Source: Candidatus Peribacteria bacterium (GTDB lineage Bacteria; Patescibacteriota; Gracilibacteria; UBA1369; UBA12463). From it: a DNA stretch of 64,000 nt. Positions within the stretch are counted from its first letter, which is position 1, and each line of letters opens with the position of its first letter. Shown here piece by piece: positions 1-11,137 of this stretch. A program made the position numbers and the translations under genes. The stretch is taken from NCBI GenBank assembly GCA_943355055.1, contig CALREA010000003.1, positions 11,343-75,342 of the forward strand, written 5' to 3'. The notes under the pieces are model-generated. The model did no database searches and was not told the origin of the DNA. It saw nothing but the letters and a program-made list of their open reading frames with translations.

Positions 1-1263
1 GAAAAGCCGTATTCCGGGAATAAACGCGCTACGAATGACAGCTTGTTACTATCTCAAATTCATTCAAAACTTACTTCGGTTCAAGATACGGATAAGAATT
101 TATTTTTTTTGAAAAAAGATTCAAGCAATATTGTTTCTTATACCGATGCGTCTGAAAAGGTGCCTCTCGTGTTTGATCCAACTGCGCGGTTAAAGAATTT
201 TGTTACTTCTGCCAAGGATCAGTATGCTATTGTTTATGAATTGAACTACGATGTTTTTGATCAGAAACTGATTGATATTCGTAATCGTATGATTGCGCTC
301 GCTGTTTTTGGAATTTTGATTGGCATCGTGTTTTCAATTTTGTTCTCTACTCGTATCGTCGGTCCTATCCGCCAGTTAGTTGATGCGGCTGCGGTATTAT
401 CTAAAGGTGATTACAGTGGACGCGTGACTATTACGACCGGAGATGAGCTGGAGGTGCTTGGGAAGTCGTTCAATACGATGGCGGAGGAGATAGATAAAAA
501 TACTCGATTGGCGTTGTATAAGGAACGTGTTACAAAAGAGCTTGAGCTTGCGGCAAAAATTCAATCTGAGATTCTTCCTAAGAAACTTCCAAATCTTCCG
601 AGCCTCGATATTTCCGCCGGTATTATTCCAGCCGAGGAGGTAGGTGGCGATTGTTATGACTTCCTGGAAGTCGGTGATCGTCGTATGATTTTTTACCTTG
701 GTGATGCCACGGGTCATGGTGTGCCCGCCGGTATTATGGTCTCGGTTGCCAATGCGCTTTTCTACTATTTATCGCATCGCAAAGCGTTGATGGAAATTAT
801 GGTTGAGGCGAATAGTGTTATCAAGGCCAAGACGGCTAGCAATATGTTTATGACGTTAGCCTGCTTAGAGTGGAATGATGACAAGAAGATCTTGCGCTAC
901 GTGAATGCAGGACATGAGCCGCTCTTGATTTATCATGCGAAAGATAAAAAAGCCGAGGAGGTTCGCGGTGGAGGTATGGCCCTGGGTATGCTTCCTGATA
1001 ATTCTAAAGTTTTGAAAGAAATAGTTCTGACGTTTGACATTGGAGATACATTAGTTATCTATAGTGATGGACTTCCAGAGTGCTGGAAGGATGAGAAGGA
1101 GTGTTTTGGCATGGAGCGTCTGACGGCTCTGGTAGCACAACATGGAGGGCTGCCGTCTTCCTTGGCCATTCGTAATGCCATTTTGAGTGAGATCAAACAG
1201 TATGCCGGCACTTACAAACAGATGGATGATATGACGATTATCGTGGTAAAACGTAAATTGTAA
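1..1263 (+). CDS. HAMP + SpoIIE/PP2C-type Ser/Thr phosphatase (RsbU-like), 5'-partial
   Basis: TM helix, HAMP (DELEVLGKSFNTM), PP2C motifs GGDCYD, GDATGHG, YSDGL, DDMT; frame is open to window position 1. Confidence 0.9.
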   Translation, partial: EKPYSGNKRATNDSLLLSQIHSKLTSVQDTDKNLFFLKKDSSNIVSYTDASEKVPLVFDPTARLKNFVTSAKDQYAIVYELNYDVFDQKLIDIRNRMIALAVFGILIGIVFSILFSTRIVGPIRQLVDAAAVLSKGDYSGRVTITTGDELEVLGKSFNTMAEEIDKNTRLALYKERVTKELELAAKIQSEILPKKLPNLPSLDISAGIIPAEEVGGDCYDFLEVGDRRMIFYLGDATGHGVPAGIMVSVANALFYYLSHRKALMEIMVEANSVIKAKTASNMFMTLACLEWNDDKKILRYVNAGHEPLLIYHAKDKKAEEVRGGGMALGMLPDNSKVLKEIVLTFDIGDTLVIYSDGLPECWKDEKECFGMERLTALVAQHGGLPSSLAIRNAILSEIKQYAGTYKQMDDMTIIVVKRKL

Positions 1264-1267
1264 TTTT

Positions 1268-1813
1268 ATGCCACTTGATGCACCATTTTCGGCTGATGAT
1301 CCTCAGGTTCTTGAGGTTGTTGAGAAGCAGTGTCTTTATGGAACCACGAAAGATGTATTGAAAAATATAGAAAAAAATATTCTCGATATCATCAAGGATG
1401 TGCTGAGGCGTAGACGTCTCGAAGTGGAATATCCTGACAGTATACCTACAATACAACTTATCATTATTGCTCTTGCTCGTCTCAATATGAGATATTTTTC
1501 CGAGAATGATATGAAATTACTCGAAATATTTCGAAGACGTTGTCATATAGAGGTAAGGAATTTTATGGATACGTTTGATTATCATGATACATCCGGATAT
1601 GGAAGAGCCGCTTCAAGTTTACTTGGAGCACTGTATGCCATGAATCCTCCTACGACAAAGAATAACGGTGCAACTGATGTTCGTGGTCAGCCTGATGACA
1701 CTTGGACGAAAGTAATCGGTACGGTATTGGCGACGATGGATTCTATTGAAAGAATAGAGCTATTATCCAAAAAGAAAAATGGAAAAAAATCTGGTAAGGA
1801 AAAGCAAAGTTGA
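1268..1813 (+). CDS. hypothetical protein (181 aa)
   Basis: ATG ORF filling the gap between the phosphatase and glyA; no recognised motif. Confidence 0.6.
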   Translation: MPLDAPFSADDPQVLEVVEKQCLYGTTKDVLKNIEKNILDIIKDVLRRRRLEVEYPDSIPTIQLIIIALARLNMRYFSENDMKLLEIFRRRCHIEVRNFMDTFDYHDTSGYGRAASSLLGALYAMNPPTTKNNGATDVRGQPDDTWTKVIGTVLATMDSIERIELLSKKKNGKKSGKEKQS

Positions 1814-1829
1814 GTTGCTATTCAGCAAT

Positions 1830-3083
1830 CTAGTTCATTCCTGGTACTGGGAATTTCGCACAGACTCCTTTCACTTCTTCCTTGAGTTGAGCTAATTTAA
1901 CCGTATCTTGCCAGTTGTTGATGATGTCATTGATTACCCGTGCCAGCCACTTCATCTCGGGTTCTTTCATGCCGCGCGTGGTGATTGCAGGAGTGCCGAG
2001 ACGGATGCCGGAGGGGTCCATAGGCCCGCGAGGGTCGAAGGGGACGGTGTTCTTGTTGACCGTGATGCCGGCGAGGTCGAGAGCTTCTTGGGCCTGTTTG
2101 CCGGTGACGTTTTTATTGGTCATATCGATGAGCATCAGATGATTGTCGGTGCCTCCGGTCATAATATCGAATCCGAAGTTCATGAGCTCGGCTGCAAGCG
2201 CCTGGGCGTTGAGAATTATTTGCTTGGAGTATTCTTTGAAGGCCGGATCGAGGGCTTCCTTAAATGCTATCGCCTTGGCGGCGATCATGTTCTCGTGGGG
2301 GCCACCCTGAAGTCCCGGGAAGACGGCCCGGTCAATCGCTTTCGCATATTTTTCTTTACACATGATCATCGCACCACGTGGACCTCGCAGAGTTTTGTGC
2401 GTCGTTGTTGTTACTACATCACAGTAGGGGACCGGGTTTTCCAGCACGCCTCCGGCAATAAGTCCGGCGATATGGGCGATGTCAGCCATCAGAATGGCTC
2501 CAACTTCGTCGGCGATCTCTCGAAACTTTTTCCACTCAAGCGAGCGGGAGTAGGCGGAGAATCCTGCGATGATGAGTTTTGGTTTGTGTTCTAGTGCCAA
2601 CGCTCTTACTTTTTCCATGTCAATTCGCTTGGTTTGTTGATCCACTTCATAGGCGACGACTTTGTATGATTTTCCTGAAAAGCTGATTGGTAGGCCGTGG
2701 GTAATGTGTCCACCGTGATCGAGCTTGAGACCCATGATCGTGTCTCCGAAATTCAAGAGTGCGAAATAGGCGGCCGTATTTGCCGGCGATCCTGAGTATG
2801 GCTGAACATTGATATGCTCAGCTCCGAATATTTGCTTGGCTCTATCGATAGCTAAATTTTCCACCACATCAACATATTCCTGTCCCCCGTAGTAACGCTT
2901 GCCAGGATATCCTTCTGAATATTTATTGGTAAAAATCGATCCCATCGCCTCCAACACCGGCTCCGAGACGTAGTTCTCAGAGGGAATAAGCTCCAATCCT
3001 TCGGATTGTCGCCTCTCTTCATTATGAAGCGCTCCATACACTTCCGGATCAAATAACTGCATCTGGGGATGCTGGGTGGACAT
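1830..3083 (-). CDS. glyA: serine hydroxymethyltransferase
   Basis: LIPSENY, NKYSEGYPGKRYYGG, TTTTHKTLRGPRG PLP-lysine motif. Confidence 0.98.
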   Translation of the reverse strand: MSTQHPQMQLFDPEVYGALHNEERRQSEGLELIPSENYVSEPVLEAMGSIFTNKYSEGYPGKRYYGGQEYVDVVENLAIDRAKQIFGAEHINVQPYSGSPANTAAYFALLNFGDTIMGLKLDHGGHITHGLPISFSGKSYKVVAYEVDQQTKRIDMEKVRALALEHKPKLIIAGFSAYSRSLEWKKFREIADEVGAILMADIAHIAGLIAGGVLENPVPYCDVVTTTTHKTLRGPRGAMIMCKEKYAKAIDRAVFPGLQGGPHENMIAAKAIAFKEALDPAFKEYSKQIILNAQALAAELMNFGFDIMTGGTDNHLMLIDMTNKNVTGKQAQEALDLAGITVNKNTVPFDPRGPMDPSGIRLGTPAITTRGMKEPEMKWLARVINDIINNWQDTVKLAQLKEEVKGVCAKFPVPGMN

Positions 3084-3095
3084 AGAGAGAAGAGA

Positions 3096-3656
3096 TTAAG
3101 AAGTATGGTAGGTTTTCTTTTCTGTAATGATGGTGTCGACCGGAGCGTCGTGCTCGTGCCGTGGTACAGCATGCAGGATTTGAAAGTCGTATGCAAGAGC
3201 TATCACTGGACAGCGAAGCTTCTTCAGTAGCCTGTCGTAATACCCGTGTCCGAAGCCGATACGGTTCCCTTTTTTATCGAACGCCACGCCGGGAATAATG
3301 GCGAGGTCTATCTCTTTTGGGTCAATTTTCTCGCAAGAAGCAATGGGCTCGTGGATGTGAAGTGTGTTTGGTTGTGTGTCTTGCCGTGAGGTGACGATTC
3401 GCAGGCTCATTTGTTTGGTTTTGAGCATTTTTGGGAGGGCAATGGTCTTGGCACTACTCCACTCCTCTATAATAAGCCATGTATTTACTTCTTTTTCATG
3501 AGGAATGGGGGCATAGAGCAAAATCTTTTTGGCTCGACGAAAAACCTCCATTTTGGTGAGTTTAGCACATATTAAGCGATCTTTTTCGCTTTTTGCTGTA
3601 TTGCGGTGAAGTTTCCTGCGCAGCCTCACCACCAGCCTGATGGCTTTTTTTACCAT
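3096..3656 (-). CDS. 5-formyltetrahydrofolate cyclo-ligase
   Basis: IDLAIIPGVAFD..GNRIGFGHGYYDRLL; HD.PVD motif. Confidence 0.95.
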   Translation of the reverse strand: MVKKAIRLVVRLRRKLHRNTAKSEKDRLICAKLTKMEVFRRAKKILLYAPIPHEKEVNTWLIIEEWSSAKTIALPKMLKTKQMSLRIVTSRQDTQPNTLHIHEPIASCEKIDPKEIDLAIIPGVAFDKKGNRIGFGHGYYDRLLKKLRCPVIALAYDFQILHAVPRHEHDAPVDTIITEKKTYHTS

Positions 3657-3766
3657 GACATTTTAATTTAATCACATTTTTTTCTTTTTGTCAGCTTGAA
3701 AAATGTAACGAAAAGTATACCATCTCTGTACCTGTGTATGTTTTTTATTCTCTAATTTTTCATCCT

Positions 3767-5026
3767 ATGCAGCTTGATAGTGCTTCAAAAAAACTCTTGA
3801 CCTATGTTGTCATCCTAGGGCTTCTCTCCGGGTTTGTCGGAGGTTTGGCCGGTAGAAGTTTTGTGAAAAATACCGATGCGCAACCACTTAAAAATATTAC
3901 CGAAGAGAAAAGATATATCGAAGAGTCAGATTATATAAGCGCGATACAGAAGGTCAGTCCTGCCGTAGTATCTGTTATCGAGTCCAAGAATCTCCAGACC
4001 TATTATCAGCAACCAATGATGTTTTTTCAGGGGGATCCATTTTTTAATCAATTTTTCGGACAGCAAGTGCCTCAGCAACAGCAGCAGCAGCAGCAAAGGC
4101 AAAATCAGGGATCGACGAAAAAGCAAAAGGTGGGTGGGGGTAGTGGTTTTATCGTAACAAGTGATGGCTTGGTGATTACGAACAGACATGTCGTACAGGA
4201 TCCTGATGCGGACTATACGGTTGTGCTTAGTGATGGTCGTGAGTTCAAGGCGCAGGTATTGAGTAAAGATACTGCCAATGATCTTGCGGTAATCAAAATT
4301 CTCCCTAAGGACGATTCCGGTAGCGCTAAAGTAAGTTCGTTGCCTGTTGTTGAGTTTGGCGATTCTGATAATTTGAAAGTCGGACAGAGAGTTTTGGCCA
4401 TAGGCAATGCGTTAGGAGAGTATCAGAATACGGTAACGGCAGGCATTATCAGTGCACAGGGAAGGCAGATCACCGCTAATGACGGAAGTGGAATGGCGGA
4501 GACTCTTACCGGCCTTCTTCAAACTGATGCCGCAATTAACCCTGGTAATAGCGGCGGGCCGCTTGTGAATATGCAGGGACAGGTGATTGGTGTAAATGTC
4601 GCTATAGCGGCAAGTGCCAATAATATCGGCTTTGCTATTCCGTTTAATGACGTAAATCCGGTTATCACCAGTGTTCAGAAAACAGGGAAAATCATACGTC
4701 CGTACATTGGAGTACGTTACCAAATGCTTACCGAGGAGCGTGCGAAAGAGCTTGAGCTTTCTGGCGTTACGTATGGTGCCCTTCTTTTGGGAAGCGATGA
4801 AAAAGGCGAGTTTGCCGTTATCCCGGGAGGTCCTGGCGACAAGGCTGGTCTCAAAAAGGGTGATGTGATTCTGGAAGTTGAAGGAAAGAAGCTCGATCAA
4901 AATTTGGCGCTCCAGCAGTCGATTCGTAATAGGAAGCCTGGAGATACGGTGAAGTTGAGGGTCTGGACGAGTGGAAAAACGGTTGAAAAGACACTCACCC
5001 TCGGGGAGTCTCCTAATGCTAAATAG
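3767..5026 (+). CDS. htrA: HtrA/DegP-family serine protease with PDZ domain
   Basis: N-terminal TM, TNRHVV, DLAVIK, TDAAINPGNSGGPL, one PDZ; ATG at 3767 preferred to GTG at 3734. Confidence 0.95.
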   Translation: MQLDSASKKLLTYVVILGLLSGFVGGLAGRSFVKNTDAQPLKNITEEKRYIEESDYISAIQKVSPAVVSVIESKNLQTYYQQPMMFFQGDPFFNQFFGQQVPQQQQQQQQRQNQGSTKKQKVGGGSGFIVTSDGLVITNRHVVQDPDADYTVVLSDGREFKAQVLSKDTANDLAVIKILPKDDSGSAKVSSLPVVEFGDSDNLKVGQRVLAIGNALGEYQNTVTAGIISAQGRQITANDGSGMAETLTGLLQTDAAINPGNSGGPLVNMQGQVIGVNVAIAASANNIGFAIPFNDVNPVITSVQKTGKIIRPYIGVRYQMLTEERAKELELSGVTYGALLLGSDEKGEFAVIPGGPGDKAGLKKGDVILEVEGKKLDQNLALQQSIRNRKPGDTVKLRVWTSGKTVEKTLTLGESPNAK

Positions 5027-5146
5027 GTATTCCTTGGCTTCCGTGAGCTTTCGAAAAAACCCCTTTGAAATTTGTGAGAAATATATTACTCTATGCACGC
5101 GGTCTGACCTAGATTATTATTTTCAAGGCATCAGACCGCTCTTTGT

Positions 5147-5232
5147 GCCGAGGTGGCGAAATGGCAGACGCACTACCTTGAGGTGGTAGCGGGAGCAATC
5201 CTGTAAGGGTTCAAGTCCCTTCCTCGGCACCA
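5147..5232 (+). tRNA. tRNA-Leu(GAG)
   Basis: GCCGAGG/CCTCGGC acceptor stem, anticodon arm CTACC-TTGAGGT-GGTAG, long variable arm, GGTTCAAGTCC, encoded CCA. Confidence 0.95.
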
Positions 5233-5286
5233 TAGACACGCTTGCGTGTCAGATCCTGTTCCCGTTCCCCCCGATTTTGACAACGC

Positions 5287-5362
5287 GGACGATTAGCTCA
5301 GTTGGTAGAGCATCTCGTTTACACCGAGAGGGTCATAGGTTCGAGTCCTATATCGTCCACCA
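5287..5362 (+). tRNA. tRNA-Val(TAC)
   Basis: GGACGAT/ATCGTCC acceptor, TCTCG-TTTACAC-CGAGA anticodon arm, GGTTCGAGTCC, CCA. Confidence 0.95.
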
Positions 5363-5667
5363 GCACACCGCAGCAGCGGTGGGATCCCGATTCCGACGTG
5401 CCGGAGATCCCATTCCCGCTTTTGTTTCTAATTTCTACTCCATTCTAGCTTGCGCTTGTTGTCACGGTATTGGTGACTTTTTCACCTACCTTGCCGTCGA
5501 CGTTTACCACCCAGTAACTTATCGTATATGTCGTACTTGATGGAAGATAGCTACCGAGCGATAAAATGTTATTCAGACTATTTTCGAAGTAATCTTTTTT
5601 TGTCAAACTGTCTTTATATTTTTCGAGAAAAGTGATATAATATCATGTAGGATTATGACTATGCACT

Positions 5668-5874
5668 ATGTTTAAGAATCACAAAAAGAGGAGCCCTTTT
5701 CTCTATCACCTGATAACTGGTTCTGCCATTATTGCTGCGTGGAGAGGTATATGGGGGTTGCTTGATATATATCTCTTTCCTGGAAATATTGCCTTAAGCT
5801 ATGCCGTCTCGGCGATCATCGGTATCGTTATTTTGCTTATCAATGACTTTTCTATTTCAGAGTTGAGCGATTAA
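5668..5874 (+). CDS. small two-TM membrane protein
   Basis: 68 aa, two hydrophobic segments, AWRGIWGLLDIY motif. Confidence 0.7.
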   Translation: MFKNHKKRSPFLYHLITGSAIIAAWRGIWGLLDIYLFPGNIALSYAVSAIIGIVILLINDFSISELSD

Positions 5875-5918
5875 TTTTTTGATGAGTTGCCTGATGGTGC
5901 TATATTGTTTCCATATAA

Positions 5919-5995
5919 GGACGATTAGCTCAGTTGGTTAGAGCGTACGATTCACATTCGTAAGGTCACTGGTTCGAGCCCAGTATCGTCCACCA
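5919..5995 (+). tRNA. tRNA-Val(CAC)
   Basis: GGACGAT/ATCGTCC acceptor, TACGA-TTCACAT-TCGTA anticodon arm, GGTTCGAGCCC, CCA. Confidence 0.95.
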
Positions 5996-6088
5996 GACAC
6001 GCCTTCGGCGTGTCGGATCCCGCTCCTGATTCCGTTTTCTTTCCCGTTTTCTGTAACCTTTTGATATATTCTTCGTATAGTATCTGCT

Positions 6089-6829
6089 ATGAATTCAAAG
6101 AAACTTCTTCACATTTCGTTTGCTGATGATTCTATTATTGTCCCAAAGGACAGTAGGCCTGTGCCATTTGATCATTCATTGGTTTCGAGAGCCATAGGGG
6201 GTTATTTCGATGATCTCATTATCGAATCGTTTCCTGTATATGATGCGGGGAAAACTGTTTTCCCGGATGCGCGTGACTATGCTGGGGTTGTTATCGGCGG
6301 GTCGGCACATTTCGTTCGTGAGGCTGACCAGTTGGTTTGGATGGATGACATTGTGACGTTTATACGAAAAACAGTAGAGGCAAAAATTCCATTATTGGGA
6401 ATTTGCTTTGGTCATCAACTTATTGCGCATGCCTTGGGTGGTATTGTCGGTTCTTTTAGTGACGACCGACGTGATTTTGGTGTAATACAAATGGACAGAA
6501 CGAAATATGCGGAAAAGCACATGCTATTTGAGGGTGTCCCCGAGGTTTTTGATGCCCTGGCTTCTCATGGTGACATTATTCGCAAATTGCCGGTTGGCGC
6601 CCAGGTTCTCGTGAGTAGCGCGGGTTGTGATGTTGAGGCGGTTGAATTTAAACCTACTGTACATGGTGTTCAATTTCATCCCGAATATACGCCTGAAATT
6701 ATGTTGAATTTGGCAAAAGAGAGGATTGTTGATGCGGCTTCGAGGGATCGATTTGCTGCAGGATTATCCAGTGCTCCGTATGCAACTCAAGTGCTGAGGA
6801 ATTTCGTCAAGCACGCCGTCGGCGATTAG
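6089..6829 (+). CDS. stand-alone class I glutamine amidotransferase (GuaA-like GATase domain)
   Basis: GVVIGGS, LGICFGHQL nucleophile, QFHPE. Confidence 0.9.
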   Translation: MNSKKLLHISFADDSIIVPKDSRPVPFDHSLVSRAIGGYFDDLIIESFPVYDAGKTVFPDARDYAGVVIGGSAHFVREADQLVWMDDIVTFIRKTVEAKIPLLGICFGHQLIAHALGGIVGSFSDDRRDFGVIQMDRTKYAEKHMLFEGVPEVFDALASHGDIIRKLPVGAQVLVSSAGCDVEAVEFKPTVHGVQFHPEYTPEIMLNLAKERIVDAASRDRFAAGLSSAPYATQVLRNFVKHAVGD

Positions 6830-6833
6830 GTTG

Positions 6834-8153
<1,320 letters not shown>

Positions 8154-8267
8154 CTATAAAAGAATGCCCCTTAAATAACAACTTTTCGATATACTATTAG
8201 TTTAGTTTGCTATTTTTGAAATACCACTTTAGTATTTTGTTACTTTATTATTTCAATATGTTTTATT

Positions 8268-9227
8268 ATGATCCCAACCGACCAGATTCAAGCTCAGCTT
8301 CCTTTTTGTCTTGAGGAAACCGATTTTCCTACACTGGGAGAGAAATATATTGGAAAGGTAAGGGATAATTATACGAGTGGCGATAAACGGTATTTGATTT
8401 CAAGTGATCGTTTGAGCGCGTTTGATCGTGTAATTTGTACAATTCCTTTCAAGGGTCAGGTTTTGACACAGATGGCGAAGTTTTGGTTCGAGCAGACGAA
8501 GGATATAATTGGAAATCATGTTATTTCCTATCCGGATCCTCAGGTGTGCGTTGGAATTCAGTGTACGCCGCTTCCTATTGAGATGGTGGTTCGTGGATAT
8601 ATTACAGGGGTTACCACGACGAGTGCGTGGTATGCGTATGCGAATGGAGTTCGAAATTTCTGTGGAAATGTATTACCGGAGGGTTTGAAAAAAAATCAAA
8701 AGTTCGATGCGCCTATTTTGACGCCCTCTACAAAGGCAGAACATGGTGATCATGATGAGTCGGTTTCGAGAGAGGAAATCCTTAAGCGAACTTCTTTGAC
8801 TCCGGAGCAGTATGATTATATCGCTGATGCTTCTTTGAAATTATACAATCGTGGCGTTGAAATTGCAGCTAAGCAGGGGATTATTCTTGTGGATACAAAA
8901 TATGAATTTGGACTTACTCCTACGGGTGAGATTGTGTTGATTGATGAAATTCACACTCCGGATTCTTCACGTTTCTGGTTCGCTGATGAGTACGAAAAGC
9001 GATTTGCTGCAGGTGAAGAGCAGAAGAAAATTGATAAGGAATATCTCCGTGAGTGGCTAGCTGAGCGAGGATTCACAGGTGATGGAGAGATTCCAGTCAT
9101 TCCTGATGATATTAAAGTTGAGACTGCGCGTCGATATATTGAGGCGTATGAACTCGTCACCGGACAAAAGTTTGAGGCCGAGGTAGGGGATGTCACTGAG
9201 CGTATTAAGAAGAATTTGGGACTGTAG
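8268..9227 (+). CDS. purC: SAICAR synthetase (long, Ade1/plant-like type)
   Basis: GKVRDNY, SDRLSAFD, PIEMVVRGY, VDTKYEFG, DEIHTPDSSRFW. Confidence 0.96.
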   Translation: MIPTDQIQAQLPFCLEETDFPTLGEKYIGKVRDNYTSGDKRYLISSDRLSAFDRVICTIPFKGQVLTQMAKFWFEQTKDIIGNHVISYPDPQVCVGIQCTPLPIEMVVRGYITGVTTTSAWYAYANGVRNFCGNVLPEGLKKNQKFDAPILTPSTKAEHGDHDESVSREEILKRTSLTPEQYDYIADASLKLYNRGVEIAAKQGIILVDTKYEFGLTPTGEIVLIDEIHTPDSSRFWFADEYEKRFAAGEEQKKIDKEYLREWLAERGFTGDGEIPVIPDDIKVETARRYIEAYELVTGQKFEAEVGDVTERIKKNLGL

Positions 9228-9333
9228 TTTCCCCATAATTTCTCTTTTTAGGCTACTCTAATTTACCGTCGAAAATGTTGGCATTGTTTGTCGTGTAAGA
9301 ATTTCGGAATCGAATATTGTCTCATATTTCTGT

Positions 9334-9350
9334 TGTCGCTTTTTACGACA
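9334..9350. promoter_or_regulatory. palindromic candidate operator upstream of amtB
   Basis: TGTCG-N7-CGACA perfect dyad 100 bp upstream of amtB. Confidence 0.4.
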
Positions 9351-9449
9351 TCATCTTTTTTCCTCATCTGTTACTCTTGATTTTGTATCTAGTATTGAAG
9401 TAAGTCTAATAGTGCTTTTCTATTTTTATTTCCAACCCCTACTTCTTTT

Positions 9450-10655
9450 ATGATTAATACTGGTGATACCGCTTTCGTACTTATTTCTTCCGCGCTTGTC
9501 GCGATTATGACGCCCGGACTGGCTTTTTTCTATGGTGGTTTGGTGCGTCGAAAAAATGTTCTCACCATCATGATGCAGAGTTTTATTTCTATGGGCCTGG
9601 TTACGGTTTTGTGGGCGGTTTTTACTTTTTCTTTGGCCTTTGGAGCTGATCAGATAGGACTTATTGGAGGGCTTAATTATGTGATGTTGCATGGAGTTGG
9701 GATGGAACCTGTTGCCGGATATGGTGCCACTATCCCGTTTTTTGCCTTTTTCGTTTTTCAGATGATGTTTGCTATTATCACTCCTGCGTTGATTACCGGC
9801 GCTTTTACCGAGCGAATGAATTTCAAAAGTTATTTGGTTTTCCTTACCCTCTGGAGTATTTTTATTTACGCGCCTCTCGCTCATGCCGTGTGGGGCGGGG
9901 GAATTATTTCGAAATTAGGGGCGATTGATTTTGCGGGTGGAACAGTGGTCCATATCAGTGCGGGTATGGCGGCGCTCGCCTCGGTGTTTGTTCTCGGTAA
10001 GCGTAAAAATGCCAGCCATCTCCCTCATAATATTCCCTATGTAGCCCTGGGTACCGGTCTTCTTTGGTTTGGTTGGTATGGATTCAATGCAGGAAGCGCG
10101 CTGGCCGCAAACGGGCAGGCTGCCGCGGCGTTTGCCAATACTGACATTGCGGCTTCGTCAGGGATGATTACATGGCTTTTTCTCTCATGGATTGTGGATA
10201 AACGGCCAAGCATGGTCGGCGCTCTCACCGGCGTGCTTGCGGGACTGGTAGCTATTACCCCTGCGGCAGGATATGTGGAGTTGTGGGCCGCGCTTCTCAT
10301 CGGCATTATCGCAGCAATCGTATGTTTCTATGCCGTGAAATTTCGCATGCGTATGGGATGGGATGACGCTTTGGATGTTTGGGGATGCCATGGTGTGGGT
10401 GGAATAGTCGGGTCGATTCTTACCGGCGTGTTTGCCGCTAAGAGTATTGGTGGATTTTCAGGGCTTATCGAGGGCAATAGTGCTCAGTTTGTTTCGAATC
10501 TATACGGAACGATTATTTCAGCAGCTTTTGCTTTTGTAGGGACCTATGTTCTTCTCCGGGCAATTAAGCTCTTTATGAAGATTGACCCGGTCGTGAAAGA
10601 AGAGCAAGAGAGCCTCGATCGAGCTTTGCACGGGGAGGAGGCGTATGATTTTTAA
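9450..10655 (+). CDS. amtB: ammonium transporter
   Basis: MTPGLAFFYGG, DFAGGTVVH, WFGWYGFNAGS, DDALDVWGCHG; both conserved His present. Confidence 0.96.
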   Translation: MINTGDTAFVLISSALVAIMTPGLAFFYGGLVRRKNVLTIMMQSFISMGLVTVLWAVFTFSLAFGADQIGLIGGLNYVMLHGVGMEPVAGYGATIPFFAFFVFQMMFAIITPALITGAFTERMNFKSYLVFLTLWSIFIYAPLAHAVWGGGIISKLGAIDFAGGTVVHISAGMAALASVFVLGKRKNASHLPHNIPYVALGTGLLWFGWYGFNAGSALAANGQAAAAFANTDIAASSGMITWLFLSWIVDKRPSMVGALTGVLAGLVAITPAAGYVELWAALLIGIIAAIVCFYAVKFRMRMGWDDALDVWGCHGVGGIVGSILTGVFAAKSIGGFSGLIEGNSAQFVSNLYGTIISAAFAFVGTYVLLRAIKLFMKIDPVVKEEQESLDRALHGEEAYDF

Positions 10656-10731
10656 GTGATTATCAAAACAAGATCTTGCACTCTTCACAACTTTAGGTTA
10701 TATTTTATAACCTATTTTGTGATTCTATCCT

Positions 10732-11061
10732 ATGAGTATTGAAAACCCCGTTTCGTCTAATGAAGCTGATGGATACTACGGTATTAGCGTTCGACTTGCT
10801 CCGGCAATTCTCGAGGCGTTACGAACAGATCCTTCTCTCACCGATTTTGAAGCATTAGATGCACGTTTCGATAAGGCGCTTTTTCGTTTTGATCCGTCTA
10901 GCTCAAGAGAGGTGGAAAATCTTGCCGCCTATTTCCCTGGAGCGAGTGTTATTCTCATTGTGCGAGGAAAAGTTGAAAGCGTACTTTCCATGAGTGAGTA
11001 TACGAATATGGTTCGCGTCGTTCCTCCTTCGGACAGTTCCGATGATCCGGTTGGCTGTTAG
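10732..11061 (+). CDS. hypothetical protein (109 aa)
   Basis: ATG ORF preceded by TTGCAC-N17-TATATT; no recognised motif. Confidence 0.55.
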   Translation: MSIENPVSSNEADGYYGISVRLAPAILEALRTDPSLTDFEALDARFDKALFRFDPSSSREVENLAAYFPGASVILIVRGKVESVLSMSEYTNMVRVVPPSDSSDDPVGC

Positions 11062-11137
11062 TTTCTTGATAGGTTTGCGAGCTTGTGGCATGCTAGTGGT
11101 GATTACGAATCGTTTCATTCCCTAACATCTCAACTCC

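Noticed and set aside
1908..2594. Long antisense ORFs over glyA, htrA, ileS, elp3, recG and others
   Set aside because: Expected shadows of codon bias opposite well-supported genes.
5429..5450. TAATTTCTACT resembling a Cas12a repeat
   Set aside because: Single copy, lacks the paired GTAGAT half, no spacers or cas genes.
5277..5540. 87-aa ORF (also 4971-5189 and 55374-55790)
   Set aside because: These overlap tRNA genes; shadow ORFs.
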